Shown here: in pieces, positions 55,081-63,912 of the stretch
Numbering within the stretch: the stretch's first letter is position 1
Layout of the letters: every line of letters begins with the position of its first letter
DNA from: an uncultured Gammaproteobacteria bacterium
GTDB taxonomy: Bacteria; Pseudomonadota; Gammaproteobacteria; Steroidobacterales; Rariloculaceae
DNA: 64,000 nt
Direction: 5' to 3'
NCBI GenBank assembly: GCA_964384125.1
Contig: CAYLKA010000001.1
Span: forward strand, 18,616 to 82,615
Made by a program: the position numbers and the translations under genes
The notes under the pieces: generated by a model
Databases searched by the model: none
Seen by the model: only the letters and a program-made list of their open reading frames with translations
What the model was told of the DNA's origin: nothing

Positions 55081-56082
55081 ATGTTACTTGCGAGATCTAC
55101 GGTCATCCCAGCCGTTATTCTTTTAACAGCCCATCCCGTCGCTGGTCATCATAGCCCGATTGCCTTTAACGAGGGCGCTGTCATTAGCGTACAGGGAACC
55201 GTCACGCGATTTGATTTCAGGAACCCCCACGTTTACTTCTACATGGAGTCTACGGATGAGGCGGGCAATATTGTGGAATGGGAAATGGAGTCGGATTGGA
55301 CGACCGAGTTGAGGCGCCTTGGCTGGAATGAGGACTCTCTGCAGCCCGGCGACCGCATTTCGGTCCAGGCGCACCCCGCGAGAAACCCCCAACGCCATTA
55401 TGCGAATCTCATCATGCTGGAGAAAGAGGACGGTACGGTGCTCACCTCCTGGGATTTGAGGCCGGAGGAAGCGCCTCCGCCACCAGCTCGGGCAAGTACC
55501 CTTGCCGGCAGATGGCTTCCCGACCGGGATTTCCCGCGTTTCTTCGAGTTGACTGGACGTCTCGCTAACGCGAAGGGTCGAGCGGCACGGGACGCCTTTG
55601 ATGAAAATCAGAACCCTGGAGCGGAGTGTGTTCCTCACCCCATCCCGCAGCGGTTGGGGAATCCTCATGTCAACGACATCGAGGTGTTCGACGACCGTGT
55701 TGTCATCACGGCAGAGACAGAGAGCGAGTCGAGGATTATTTACCTGGATGGGCGCGGACATCCCGAGACCTTCGAGCCCACTTCCCGCGGCCACTCCGTT
55801 GGGTACTGGGAAGGTGACGTTCTCGTGGTCGAGACGGTTCATTTCGCAGCGCATCGCAGCGGAAATGGGCGCGGACTGCCTTCCGGTGCCGAAAAACGCC
55901 TGACGGAACGATATCGAGTCGGTGATGACCGAACCCGGTTGTTCGTCGATTACGTTCTCGATGATCCCGAGTATTTGGTAGAGCCGCTCGAAGACACTTT
56001 TGGATGGACCTATTCGCCGCACATGGACCTGATTCCCTTCAGTTGTGACGTAGATGTAGCTAGACGTTATATGGAGGAATGA
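55081..56082 (+). CDS. Exported HH/NPH-module protein, long two-domain form; copy 5
   Basis: ORF 54931.. trimmed to MLLARSTVIPAVILLTAHPVAG|HHSPIAF (ATG 55081). Contains FRNPHVYFY, GHSVGYWEGDVLVVETVHF and the Cys pair (AECVP ... FSCD). The stop overlaps the next start (ATGA). Confidence 0.85.
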   Translation: MLLARSTVIPAVILLTAHPVAGHHSPIAFNEGAVISVQGTVTRFDFRNPHVYFYMESTDEAGNIVEWEMESDWTTELRRLGWNEDSLQPGDRISVQAHPARNPQRHYANLIMLEKEDGTVLTSWDLRPEEAPPPPARASTLAGRWLPDRDFPRFFELTGRLANAKGRAARDAFDENQNPGAECVPHPIPQRLGNPHVNDIEVFDDRVVITAETESESRIIYLDGRGHPETFEPTSRGHSVGYWEGDVLVVETVHFAAHRSGNGRGLPSGAEKRLTERYRVGDDRTRLFVDYVLDDPEYLVEPLEDTFGWTYSPHMDLIPFSCDVDVARRYMEE

Positions 56083-57530
56083 CGATGAGGGTGAGACTGG
56101 AGGTAGGCCGACCTGCTAATAGGCGCAGTTTGAGTTTGGTCGCCGGGGTCGTCCTGTGCCTTTTTGCGCAGACGCCTTCCCTCGCTCAGGACGCATCCGA
56201 TCTGCCCCACCAACAAAGGGCACGGGAATTGTTGCGGGAGTTGATCGAGATCGACACGACTCACAGTACGGGTGATACCACGGTGGCGGCCCAAGCCATG
56301 GCCGCGCATCTAGTCGCCGCGGGTTTTCCGGAGCAGGACGTGCAGGTTCTCGCGGAGCGACCTCGCAAGGGCAATCTTGTCGTCCGGTATCGTGGGCGTG
56401 ATGCGGGCAGTAGGCCGGTGCTCTTTTTGGCTCACTTGGACGTGGTCGAAGCGGACCCGACCGATTGGACAGTCAACCCTTTCGAGTTTATCGAGCGTGA
56501 CGGCTACTACTACGGGCGAGGCACGCTCGATGACAAGGACGAGGTGGCGATCCACGTAGCAAATCTGATTCGGCTTCGTGAGGAGGGTTTCGTTCCGGAC
56601 CGCGACATTATCGCCGCGTTTACAGCCGATGAGGAAGGAGGCGAGCACAATGGGGTCGCATGGCTTTTGGCAAACCATAGCGACTCGATCGATGCTGAAT
56701 TCGCAATCAATGAGGGCGGGGGCGGATTCCTTCAGGATGGTCGACACGTGTCCAATAACGTGCAGGCCAGCGAGAAGGTGTATCAGAGCTTTGCGCTTGA
56801 GGTAGTCAACCCGGGCGGGCACAGCTCGCTGCCGGTGAAAGACAATGCAATCTACCGTTTGGCCGACGCACTTGTCAGGATTCGGGACTACGATTTTCCA
56901 GTCAAACTGAACGAGGTGACTCGAACGTTCTTCGAGCGTTCGGCTGCGTTGGAGTCCCCCGAGATCAGTGCGGCGATGCGTGGAATCCTTGAGGATGTGC
57001 CGGACCCAGAGAGCATTGAGCGACTGGCGACGATCGCGAATTACAACTCGCGCATGCGCACCACCTGTGTGGCGACGCTTCTCGACGCAGGACACGCTGA
57101 GAACGCGCTGCCACAGCGGGCTCAGGCCGTAGTCAACTGCAGGATACTGCCGAACGATGTGCCTGCAGAAGTCAGGACGACGCTCGACTCGATTATCGCC
57201 GACAGTCAGGTGGTGATCACACCTCTGGCAGACGCCAAACCCTCGCCGCCGTCGCCACTCACCCCCGAGGTGCTGGGGCCCATCGAGAGGATCACGCAGG
57301 ACATGTGGCCCGGAGTGGCCGTGATACCCATCATGAGCGCAGGAGCCACCGACGGACTCTATCTGCGCAATGCCGGTATTCCCGTTTACGGTGTGTCAGG
57401 TATTTTCAGGGAGCGTGGTGACAATCGCGCCCATGGGCAGGACGAGCGGATTCTAGTGAGCGCGTTCTTCGACGGGCAGGAGTTTCTTTACCGGCTGACG
57501 AAGGCTCTCGCGCAGACGTCAGGTCTATAA
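56079..57530 (+). CDS. Exported M20/M25/M40-family metallopeptidase/deacylase
   Basis: Signal peptide ...LCLFAQTPSLAQ. Motifs LAHLDVV, GRGTLDDK, DEEGG and NEGGGG. Confidence 0.85.
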   Translation: MTMRVRLEVGRPANRRSLSLVAGVVLCLFAQTPSLAQDASDLPHQQRARELLRELIEIDTTHSTGDTTVAAQAMAAHLVAAGFPEQDVQVLAERPRKGNLVVRYRGRDAGSRPVLFLAHLDVVEADPTDWTVNPFEFIERDGYYYGRGTLDDKDEVAIHVANLIRLREEGFVPDRDIIAAFTADEEGGEHNGVAWLLANHSDSIDAEFAINEGGGGFLQDGRHVSNNVQASEKVYQSFALEVVNPGGHSSLPVKDNAIYRLADALVRIRDYDFPVKLNEVTRTFFERSAALESPEISAAMRGILEDVPDPESIERLATIANYNSRMRTTCVATLLDAGHAENALPQRAQAVVNCRILPNDVPAEVRTTLDSIIADSQVVITPLADAKPSPPSPLTPEVLGPIERITQDMWPGVAVIPIMSAGATDGLYLRNAGIPVYGVSGIFRERGDNRAHGQDERILVSAFFDGQEFLYRLTKALAQTSGL

Positions 57531-57554
57531 CACTAACAAATGCAGGTCTCTGCA

Positions 57555-58616
57555 TTAAGTGAACGCTATGGATAACTTATCGATGACGTCGGATACAGTA
57601 ATCAGGCTCATGGCGTTCGGATTGCGGACACGCTGTCCCCAGCGAATCTGTGCGACGTCGACACTCAGTTCGTTCCGAACGGCGTCGGGATACTTGTCTA
57701 CCACGAGGTGCTGACTTTCGTAGGGCCCTGTGCGGTGCCGGTTGGATGTCGCATACAAGCCGACTACGGGTGTGCCAACCGAGGTGGCCATATGTGCCGG
57801 ACCGGAGTCCGGACAAAGCAGGACCGTCGCATGCTTTAATAATGCTAGGAGTTGTTTCAGGGTTGTCTTGCCGATCAGATTGACGATCTGTGCCTGCGCC
57901 TGCTCGCAGATGCGCTCTCCGTACTCTCGTTCAAGCAACGTAGGTCCGCCGGTGAGGACGACGTTCGCGCCGTAATTTGTCGAGGCGTAATCAGCAATCT
58001 CCGCGTAATGAGAGGCCCTCCAGTTTCTGAAGTTTCGAAAGCGCTGACCGGTGCAGGGACTGATGAGTAGCACAGGATCGGGCCCGCTGACGTGTTCCAG
58101 AGCGAAACTATCATCGTCTGCAGAGATAGGGATATCCCAGCGCAGTGGCCCCCGCTCGACACCAAGCGCAGTCGCGAATTCGAAGAGTCCGTCCATGACA
58201 TGCTGGCACGGTTTCGGCGTAATCCGCTCGTTACAGAAAAACCATTGAAAGTCGCGAGCTCGGGCACGATCGAAGCCGAGACGAATGTCGGAGGATGTCA
58301 TGAGGCTCACGAGGTTGGCTCGCATCGAAGCATGCATATGAAGCACAAGATCGAAGCGCTGGCTTCGGAGTTCACGCCGGGCATCGAGATAACCTCGCAA
58401 GCCACGGTTCTTGTCGACTACAACGAACTCGACACCTTCGAGTCCTGCGAGGAGCGTGTGCTCAACCTTTCCAATGACCCATGTGAGCCTCGTGTCTGGC
58501 CAAGCGGCCTGGATTGCGCGGATGACCGGAACCGTGTGGCACGTATCTCCGATCGCGGAAAGCCTAATGATGCAGAGATTACTTATAGGGAGATCGAGCG
58601 TAGGTGACACGACCAT
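57555..58616 (-). CDS. Glycosyltransferase family 9 (LPS heptosyltransferase-like)
   Basis: N-terminal IIRLSAIGDTCHTVPVIRAI and C-terminal LLCPDSGPAHMATSVGTPVVGLY are hallmarks of GT9. Confidence 0.85.
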   Translation of the reverse strand: MVVSPTLDLPISNLCIIRLSAIGDTCHTVPVIRAIQAAWPDTRLTWVIGKVEHTLLAGLEGVEFVVVDKNRGLRGYLDARRELRSQRFDLVLHMHASMRANLVSLMTSSDIRLGFDRARARDFQWFFCNERITPKPCQHVMDGLFEFATALGVERGPLRWDIPISADDDSFALEHVSGPDPVLLISPCTGQRFRNFRNWRASHYAEIADYASTNYGANVVLTGGPTLLEREYGERICEQAQAQIVNLIGKTTLKQLLALLKHATVLLCPDSGPAHMATSVGTPVVGLYATSNRHRTGPYESQHLVVDKYPDAVRNELSVDVAQIRWGQRVRNPNAMSLITVSDVIDKLSIAFT

Positions 58617-58902
58617 CGCTTGCTGTGAGAGTGACAGAAATGATACTCCAAGACCTCAGGTTTCCATACGGTAAATCAATGTGCGTTACCGTTTAAAAAA
58701 ATAAGTACCATTGATCCAGGTGAGCATTAGTTACGGCATCGCTGGATCGAGGCTACAATAAAGCAAAAGACTGCCGCCCAACGGAGCCTCCTGTCGAGTA
58801 GATCATCGCCGGAGTGTCGAGAAGAATACAGGCGAGACATCTGGTCCCATAGGCCCATTCGGGGACCGTGACCGCTTGGATGGACGTGCGAGGTGCGTAA
58901 AA

Positions 58903-59273
58903 ATGCAACTTAGATCTCTTGGCCTTGCCGGCGTTGCGACCTTTGCAGTTGCGTTTCCCGCCTCGTCACACCATTCACACGGCGCCTACGCGATGACGGA
59001 ATACACGGAGATTGAGGGTGTCGTGACGGAACTGTACTGGATCAATCCGCACGCTTGGATCTATCTTGAGGTTGTGGAAGAGGATGCACAATCCGCCTTG
59101 TGGGCATTGGAATCCGCCGGAGCTACCTCGCTTGTGGCGGGGGGGTCAGTCGTGAGGACGTGAGTGTTGGCGATACCATTTCTGTCCGATGTCACCAGCT
59201 TCGCGATGGTTCCCCTGGGTGCCTGTTAGGCTTCGTCACGACCGCAGATGGCGTTGAGAAAGAATGGGATTAG
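58903..59273 (+). pseudogene. HH/NPH-module short form, copy 6, interrupted by a frameshift in a G7 tract
   Basis: Frame 1 (MQLRSLGLAGVATFAVAFPASS|HHSHGAY ... WINPHAWIYLE ... ATSLVAGG) stops at 59161-59163. The conserved C-terminus VSREDVSVGDTISVRCHQLRDGSPGCLLGFVTTADGVEKEWD continues in another frame to TAG 59271-59273. G8 or G5 in place of G7 (59139-59145) restores one ORF. Confidence 0.85.
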
Positions 59274-59376
59274 GGTGGCGCTAGACGATACCCCGTTTAA
59301 CAGGGATATCTCTTCTTTTTTTGTGGGAAAAAAGGGGATGTCCTCTTTCTATTTTTAGATGAAATAAGGAACGATC

Positions 59377-60453
59377 ATGAGATGCTTTGTTACCACGTTT
59401 TCTTTTATCGCTTTGTCGTTATCGCTGGTTAGTCCGAGTCTGGCGCAGCAGACGAACGATAATGTGCCCTTGATACCCTACGAATCGGTTCCGGATTTTC
59501 TCAAGTACTCCCCCGACATGAATCTCGGGGAGGTTCTTTCGGTCGCTGTAAATTCCAAGGGCCGCATTATGGTCCTCAATCATCCGGGATCTGCCAGCAA
59601 CGGGGGGCCACTCTACGGCAATGCGACGACGCAGATATTGGAGTTCGACGAAGCGGGTTATTTCGTTCGAGAGATAGGCCAGGGTGTGTATGGACTCGGC
59701 TACTCCCACTCGATCCGTTACGACAAATACGACAACTTGTGGCTTGTCGACAAGGGTGCGAACACGGTCATCAAGTTCGACCCGGCCGGCTACGTCACCA
59801 TGAATCTCGGCAGGCGCCCGGAGGGTTTCGACGAGTACACGCACGTGAGCGGACCTGATGCTGTGGCCCGCGATGGTTTCTTTGGTGGGCCGAGCGATGT
59901 CGCTTGGGACCCGGACGACAATATCTTTGTCAGCGACGGCTACTTGAACTCTCGGGTAGCCAAATACGACAGGCACGGCAACTGGATCAAGTCGTGGGGA
60001 TCCTATGGCTCGGAACCCGGACAGCTCAATTTGCCTCACGCCATGGTGGCGGACGGGGATGGCAACATCTATGTCGCCGATCGCACTAACCGGCGTATCC
60101 AAGTCTTCGACTCGGACGGCAATTTTCTGCGAATCATCCTGCTCAACGCTCCGTTCGACAAGACCATGCAACCGGTTTTGGGTAATGTGGATCCGGACCA
60201 GCCAGATGAGACTCAACCCTGGGCGCTTTGTATGTCCCCGGGCGATCCTCAATATCTCTGGGCGGCCGATCAGCACCCGGGGCGAATCTATAAGATTCAG
60301 CTGGATGGCGAAATCGTCGGCATGCTCGGAGAATCAGGGAAGCAATTGGGTCAGTTTAATTGGATCCACGGGATCGATTGCTCACAAGAGGGTGTGCTCT
60401 ATATCGCTGATCTGAACAACTGGCGGGTTCAAAAACTGATACTGAATCCCTGA
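59377..60453 (+). CDS. Exported NHL-repeat beta-propeller protein
   Basis: Signal peptide ...LSLVSPSLAQ. Repeated NHL-type blades (PSDVAWDPDDNIFVSDGYLNSRVAKYD; PHAMVADGDGNIYVADRTNRRIQVFD; IHGIDCSQEGVLYIADLNNWRVQK). Confidence 0.75.
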   Translation: MRCFVTTFSFIALSLSLVSPSLAQQTNDNVPLIPYESVPDFLKYSPDMNLGEVLSVAVNSKGRIMVLNHPGSASNGGPLYGNATTQILEFDEAGYFVREIGQGVYGLGYSHSIRYDKYDNLWLVDKGANTVIKFDPAGYVTMNLGRRPEGFDEYTHVSGPDAVARDGFFGGPSDVAWDPDDNIFVSDGYLNSRVAKYDRHGNWIKSWGSYGSEPGQLNLPHAMVADGDGNIYVADRTNRRIQVFDSDGNFLRIILLNAPFDKTMQPVLGNVDPDQPDETQPWALCMSPGDPQYLWAADQHPGRIYKIQLDGEIVGMLGESGKQLGQFNWIHGIDCSQEGVLYIADLNNWRVQKLILNP

Positions 60454-60483
60454 CTCGAGAACACCATTAATGGAGGCAGCAAG

Positions 60484-61515
60484 ATGAACGCACAAAAACC
60501 ACTGTCACTTGGGCATATATCTAGCGTGATGATCGTGGCCTTGGCGCTCGTGTCGGCCCAGACCACCCTGGCGCAGACGCGGGAACAGGGACCTTGGTGG
60601 CCAGGACCGCACGGTCCGGACGACCAGGCCGGCGCGTCCAACTACGTTACTGCGGAAAAAGTTCTTGCCGCGATTCAACTCCCGCAGACTGGTCAGACGT
60701 ACGAACTCGGCCACATCTATGAAGCGAGCATGCCCGCGTTCGGGTCGAGACCCTACTTCATGCAGGTTGTTCCTCCTCCGGCCCCAACCAGCGGAGAAGG
60801 AGGCATAGCCAACAGCGAATATTTCACGGGTTTTATTGGCCAGATGGGGACGCAGTTCGATGGCATGGCGCATCAGGGTGGCAATATCGAGATGGCGGAC
60901 GGTTCCTTCCAGACTGTTTTTTACAATGGTTTCACGGCCGATGATTTATTCAGGAACAACCGCGGTCGCGGGGGCGTTGAAGCTCTGGGTGTCGAGCACA
61001 TGAAGCCCTTTATTACCCGCGGCGTGCTTGTGGATATCGCGGGTTACAAGGGTGTAGATACTTTGCCGGCGGCTTATGCAGTGACTATCGAGGACATGCG
61101 CGGGGCGCTCGAGCGGCAGGGCATGAGTGAAGACGATATCGGGCAGGGTGACGCAGTGTTTTTCAATTACGGCTGGGCTGCTAACTGGGGTAATCCTTCG
61201 AAGTACAACGATTCCTACATTGGGACAGGCGAGAACGAAGGTTCCCCGGGTATCTACGCTGATATCTCTCGTTTCTTGGTCTCACGCAAAATTTCACTGG
61301 TCGGGGCCGACAGTTGCTGTGTGGAGGTCAGGCCACGTCCGGGGACGGATAACGTGCACCGCATACTCTTCCTAGGGGAGGGTATCGCTATGCTTGAGAA
61401 TATGGAGCTTCGAGAGCTAGCGGCCGACGAGGTTTACGAGTTCCTCTTTATTGGTCTGCCCGAGCGCATTAAGGGCGCAACTGGCTCACCGATGCGACCG
61501 ATCGCGGTTCGGTAG
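60484..61515 (+). CDS. Exported cyclase-family (kynurenine-formamidase-fold) protein with a variant metal motif
   Basis: Signal peptide ...LVSAQTTLAQ. The region aligned with the HxGTHxDxPxH motif reads QMGTQFDGMAH. Confidence 0.65.
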   Translation: MNAQKPLSLGHISSVMIVALALVSAQTTLAQTREQGPWWPGPHGPDDQAGASNYVTAEKVLAAIQLPQTGQTYELGHIYEASMPAFGSRPYFMQVVPPPAPTSGEGGIANSEYFTGFIGQMGTQFDGMAHQGGNIEMADGSFQTVFYNGFTADDLFRNNRGRGGVEALGVEHMKPFITRGVLVDIAGYKGVDTLPAAYAVTIEDMRGALERQGMSEDDIGQGDAVFFNYGWAANWGNPSKYNDSYIGTGENEGSPGIYADISRFLVSRKISLVGADSCCVEVRPRPGTDNVHRILFLGEGIAMLENMELRELAADEVYEFLFIGLPERIKGATGSPMRPIAVR

Positions 61516-61560
61516 CGGCATGCCTACGCATAGGGCCCTTGTCGGAAGGGTGTCGTGTGT

Positions 61561-63066
61561 ATGACTGAATACGTCGGCGCGATTGATCAAGGCACGACCA
61601 GCAGCCGATTTATTCTTTTTGACCGCACCGGCGAGATTGTCTCTGTTGCACAGAAAGAGCATAAGCAGATCTATCCAAAACCGGGATGGGTCGAGCACGA
61701 CCCTGTCGAGATCTGGCGCAATACGGCCGCGGTCATCGTCGGGGCATTGGAGCAAAAGGGCCTCAGCCAGACTGATCTTGCGGGTATCGGTATCACTAAT
61801 CAACGTGAGACCACGATTCTGTGGGACCGCCGCAGCGGTGAGCCGCTTTACAACGCGGTGGTGTGGCAGGACACACGTGTCGATGAGCGGGTAGCTGCCT
61901 ACGCGGCCAACGGTGGCCAGGACCGGTTTCGTGCTCAGACGGGACTGCCGCTCGCCAGCTATTTCAGTGCTCTTAAGTTGCAGTGGATCTTGGATAACGT
62001 GCCCGATGCCCGAGCGAAGGCCGAATCGGGGGACGCTATCTTCGGAACGATCGACACTTGGGTCCTTTGGAACCTGACAGGCGGCGTAGACGGTGGGTTG
62101 CACGCGACCGATGTGACCAACGCGAGCAGGACACAGCTGATGGGTCTCGTGAGTCTCGATTGGGATGATTCGCTCCTCGATGCGTTCAACATTCCGCGCG
62201 CCGCACTGCCGAAAATCGTTTCTTCGAGTGAGGTTTATGGTTCGGCTCAGCTTAAAGCGCTACGAGATGTCCCTGTCGCGGGGATACTTGGAGATCAGCA
62301 GGCGGCCCTGGTAGGCCAGACGTGCTTTTCCGAAGGGGAGGTGAAGAATACCTATGGCACCGGGTGTTTCCTCCTGATGAACATTGGCACGAAGCCGCGA
62401 GAGTCGACCGCAGGACTCATCACCACTGTTGCCTATCAACTCGGGTCGGAGCCCGCGCGCTATGCACTCGAAGGCTCGATCGCTATCACAGGGGCCCTGG
62501 TGCAGTGGCTGCGGGACAACCTCGGGATCATCGAAACCAGCTCGGACGTCGAGCGTCTTGCACGGGAAGCAGAAGATAACGGTGACGTCTACTTCGTTCC
62601 CGCGTTCTCCGGGCTCTATGCGCCGCACTGGAAGGAGAGCGCCCGCGGTGTGATCGTAGGTCTCACGCGCTACGCAAATCGTAACCACATCGCGCGCGCT
62701 GCGCTCGAAGCAACCGCCTACCAGACACGGGAGGTGCTGGAGGCCATGGAGCGAGATTCGGGGATCGCGATTAAGGAGCTTCGCTCTGATGGTGGGATGG
62801 TCGCCAACGAGTTTCTGATGCAGTTTCAGTCCGACATCCTTGACGTGCCGGTCGTTCGCCCAAAGATTTCGGAGACGACCGCTCTTGGGGCAGCCTATGT
62901 TGCAGGCCTTGCGGTGGGTTACTGGTCCGGCGCCCAGGAGCTGAGGCGCAACTGGGCTGAGGATAAGCGCTGGGTGTCAGGTATGGAGGAGAAAGAACGG
63001 TCCGAGCTCTACGCATCCTGGCAAAAAGCTGTAACTCGGTCCTTTGATTGGATTTCTGCAGGTTGA
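61561..63066 (+). CDS. glpK: Glycerol kinase
   Basis: [43 protein letters not shown] and GTGCF are the canonical FGGY/GlpK sequence. ATG at 61561 (the ORF track starts 6 nt earlier at a GTG). Confidence 0.97.
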   Translation: MTEYVGAIDQGTTSSRFILFDRTGEIVSVAQKEHKQIYPKPGWVEHDPVEIWRNTAAVIVGALEQKGLSQTDLAGIGITNQRETTILWDRRSGEPLYNAVVWQDTRVDERVAAYAANGGQDRFRAQTGLPLASYFSALKLQWILDNVPDARAKAESGDAIFGTIDTWVLWNLTGGVDGGLHATDVTNASRTQLMGLVSLDWDDSLLDAFNIPRAALPKIVSSSEVYGSAQLKALRDVPVAGILGDQQAALVGQTCFSEGEVKNTYGTGCFLLMNIGTKPRESTAGLITTVAYQLGSEPARYALEGSIAITGALVQWLRDNLGIIETSSDVERLAREAEDNGDVYFVPAFSGLYAPHWKESARGVIVGLTRYANRNHIARAALEATAYQTREVLEAMERDSGIAIKELRSDGGMVANEFLMQFQSDILDVPVVRPKISETTALGAAYVAGLAVGYWSGAQELRRNWAEDKRWVSGMEEKERSELYASWQKAVTRSFDWISAG

Positions 63067-63101
63067 AAGAACGCCGCCATTGAAGCGATGTTTCGGAGAG
63101 G

Positions 63102-63830
63102 ATGATGTCGAGTGCGTTTCTAGGTGAGTTTCTCGGGACGATGACGCTAATTTTGCTGGGCAACAGCGTCAACGGGACTGTCTTATTGAAAGGGACGTAC
63201 GGAGAGAACTCCGGATGGATGGTCATCGCGACGGGTTGGGGGCTCGCCGTGATTTTCGGCGTCATTGTTGCGCTAGTTGTCGGGAGCAATGCACACATCA
63301 ATCCGGCGGTAACTCTCGGTGTCAGTGTTGCCACCGGAGAGTGGGATCACGTGGGTACCTACGTCTTGGGCCAAATGCTGGGCGCAATACTCGGTGCCAC
63401 CTTGGTTTGGATCCACTTTCTTCCGCACTGGGGTGCCACAGAGCGGCCGGAGAGCAAGCGCGCGTGCTTCTGTACATCGCCCGCGATTCGAAACATCCCG
63501 GCTAATTTCGTGAGCGAAATCATCGGAACATTCATGCTGGTATTCATTGCCGCCGCCATTTTCTCCGAAAATCTTTCGCCTGGTGGGCAGCCTCCTGGGC
63601 TTGGTCCGTTCTTGGTAGGGTTATTGGTCTGGTGCATTGGTCTCGGACTCGGAGGAACGACCGGCTATGCCATCAATCCGGCACGAGACTTGGGTCCTCG
63701 CATTGCGTATTCCCTGCTGCCGATTGCGGGCAAGGGGGATTCTGGATGGGACTACGCGTTGGTGCCGGTGCTGGGACCCATTCTGGGGGCCGTCCTGGCG
63801 GGCATAACGGTTGCTACGCTTCAAATCTGA
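63102..63830 (+). CDS. glpF: Aquaglyceroporin (MIP family glycerol facilitator)
   Basis: Two NPA boxes (HINPAVT and AINPARD) and six TM helices, immediately downstream of glpK. Confidence 0.9.
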   Translation: MMSSAFLGEFLGTMTLILLGNSVNGTVLLKGTYGENSGWMVIATGWGLAVIFGVIVALVVGSNAHINPAVTLGVSVATGEWDHVGTYVLGQMLGAILGATLVWIHFLPHWGATERPESKRACFCTSPAIRNIPANFVSEIIGTFMLVFIAAAIFSENLSPGGQPPGLGPFLVGLLVWCIGLGLGGTTGYAINPARDLGPRIAYSLLPIAGKGDSGWDYALVPVLGPILGAVLAGITVATLQI

Positions 63831-63912
63831 CGGCGCTACTATCTCGCTTGGCCCGTCTTCGGTCGATAGACTGATAGACTGATACCGGTAAGAGTTCCTT
63901 TGGGGGAATCCA

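Noticed and set aside
33771-60000. tRNA-Met-anchored genomic island or integrative element.
   Set aside because: I found no integrase, excisionase, transposase or conjugation gene anywhere in the window, and I did not notice a direct repeat of the tRNA 3' end. Composition is mosaic rather than uniformly foreign. Only the weaker boundary observation is kept as a finding.
61561-63830. The glpK-before-glpF gene order as an anomaly.
   Set aside because: The order is reversed relative to the E. coli and Pseudomonas glpF-glpK arrangement as I recall it. Both genes look intact and adjacent, so this is ordinary operon shuffling of little interest.
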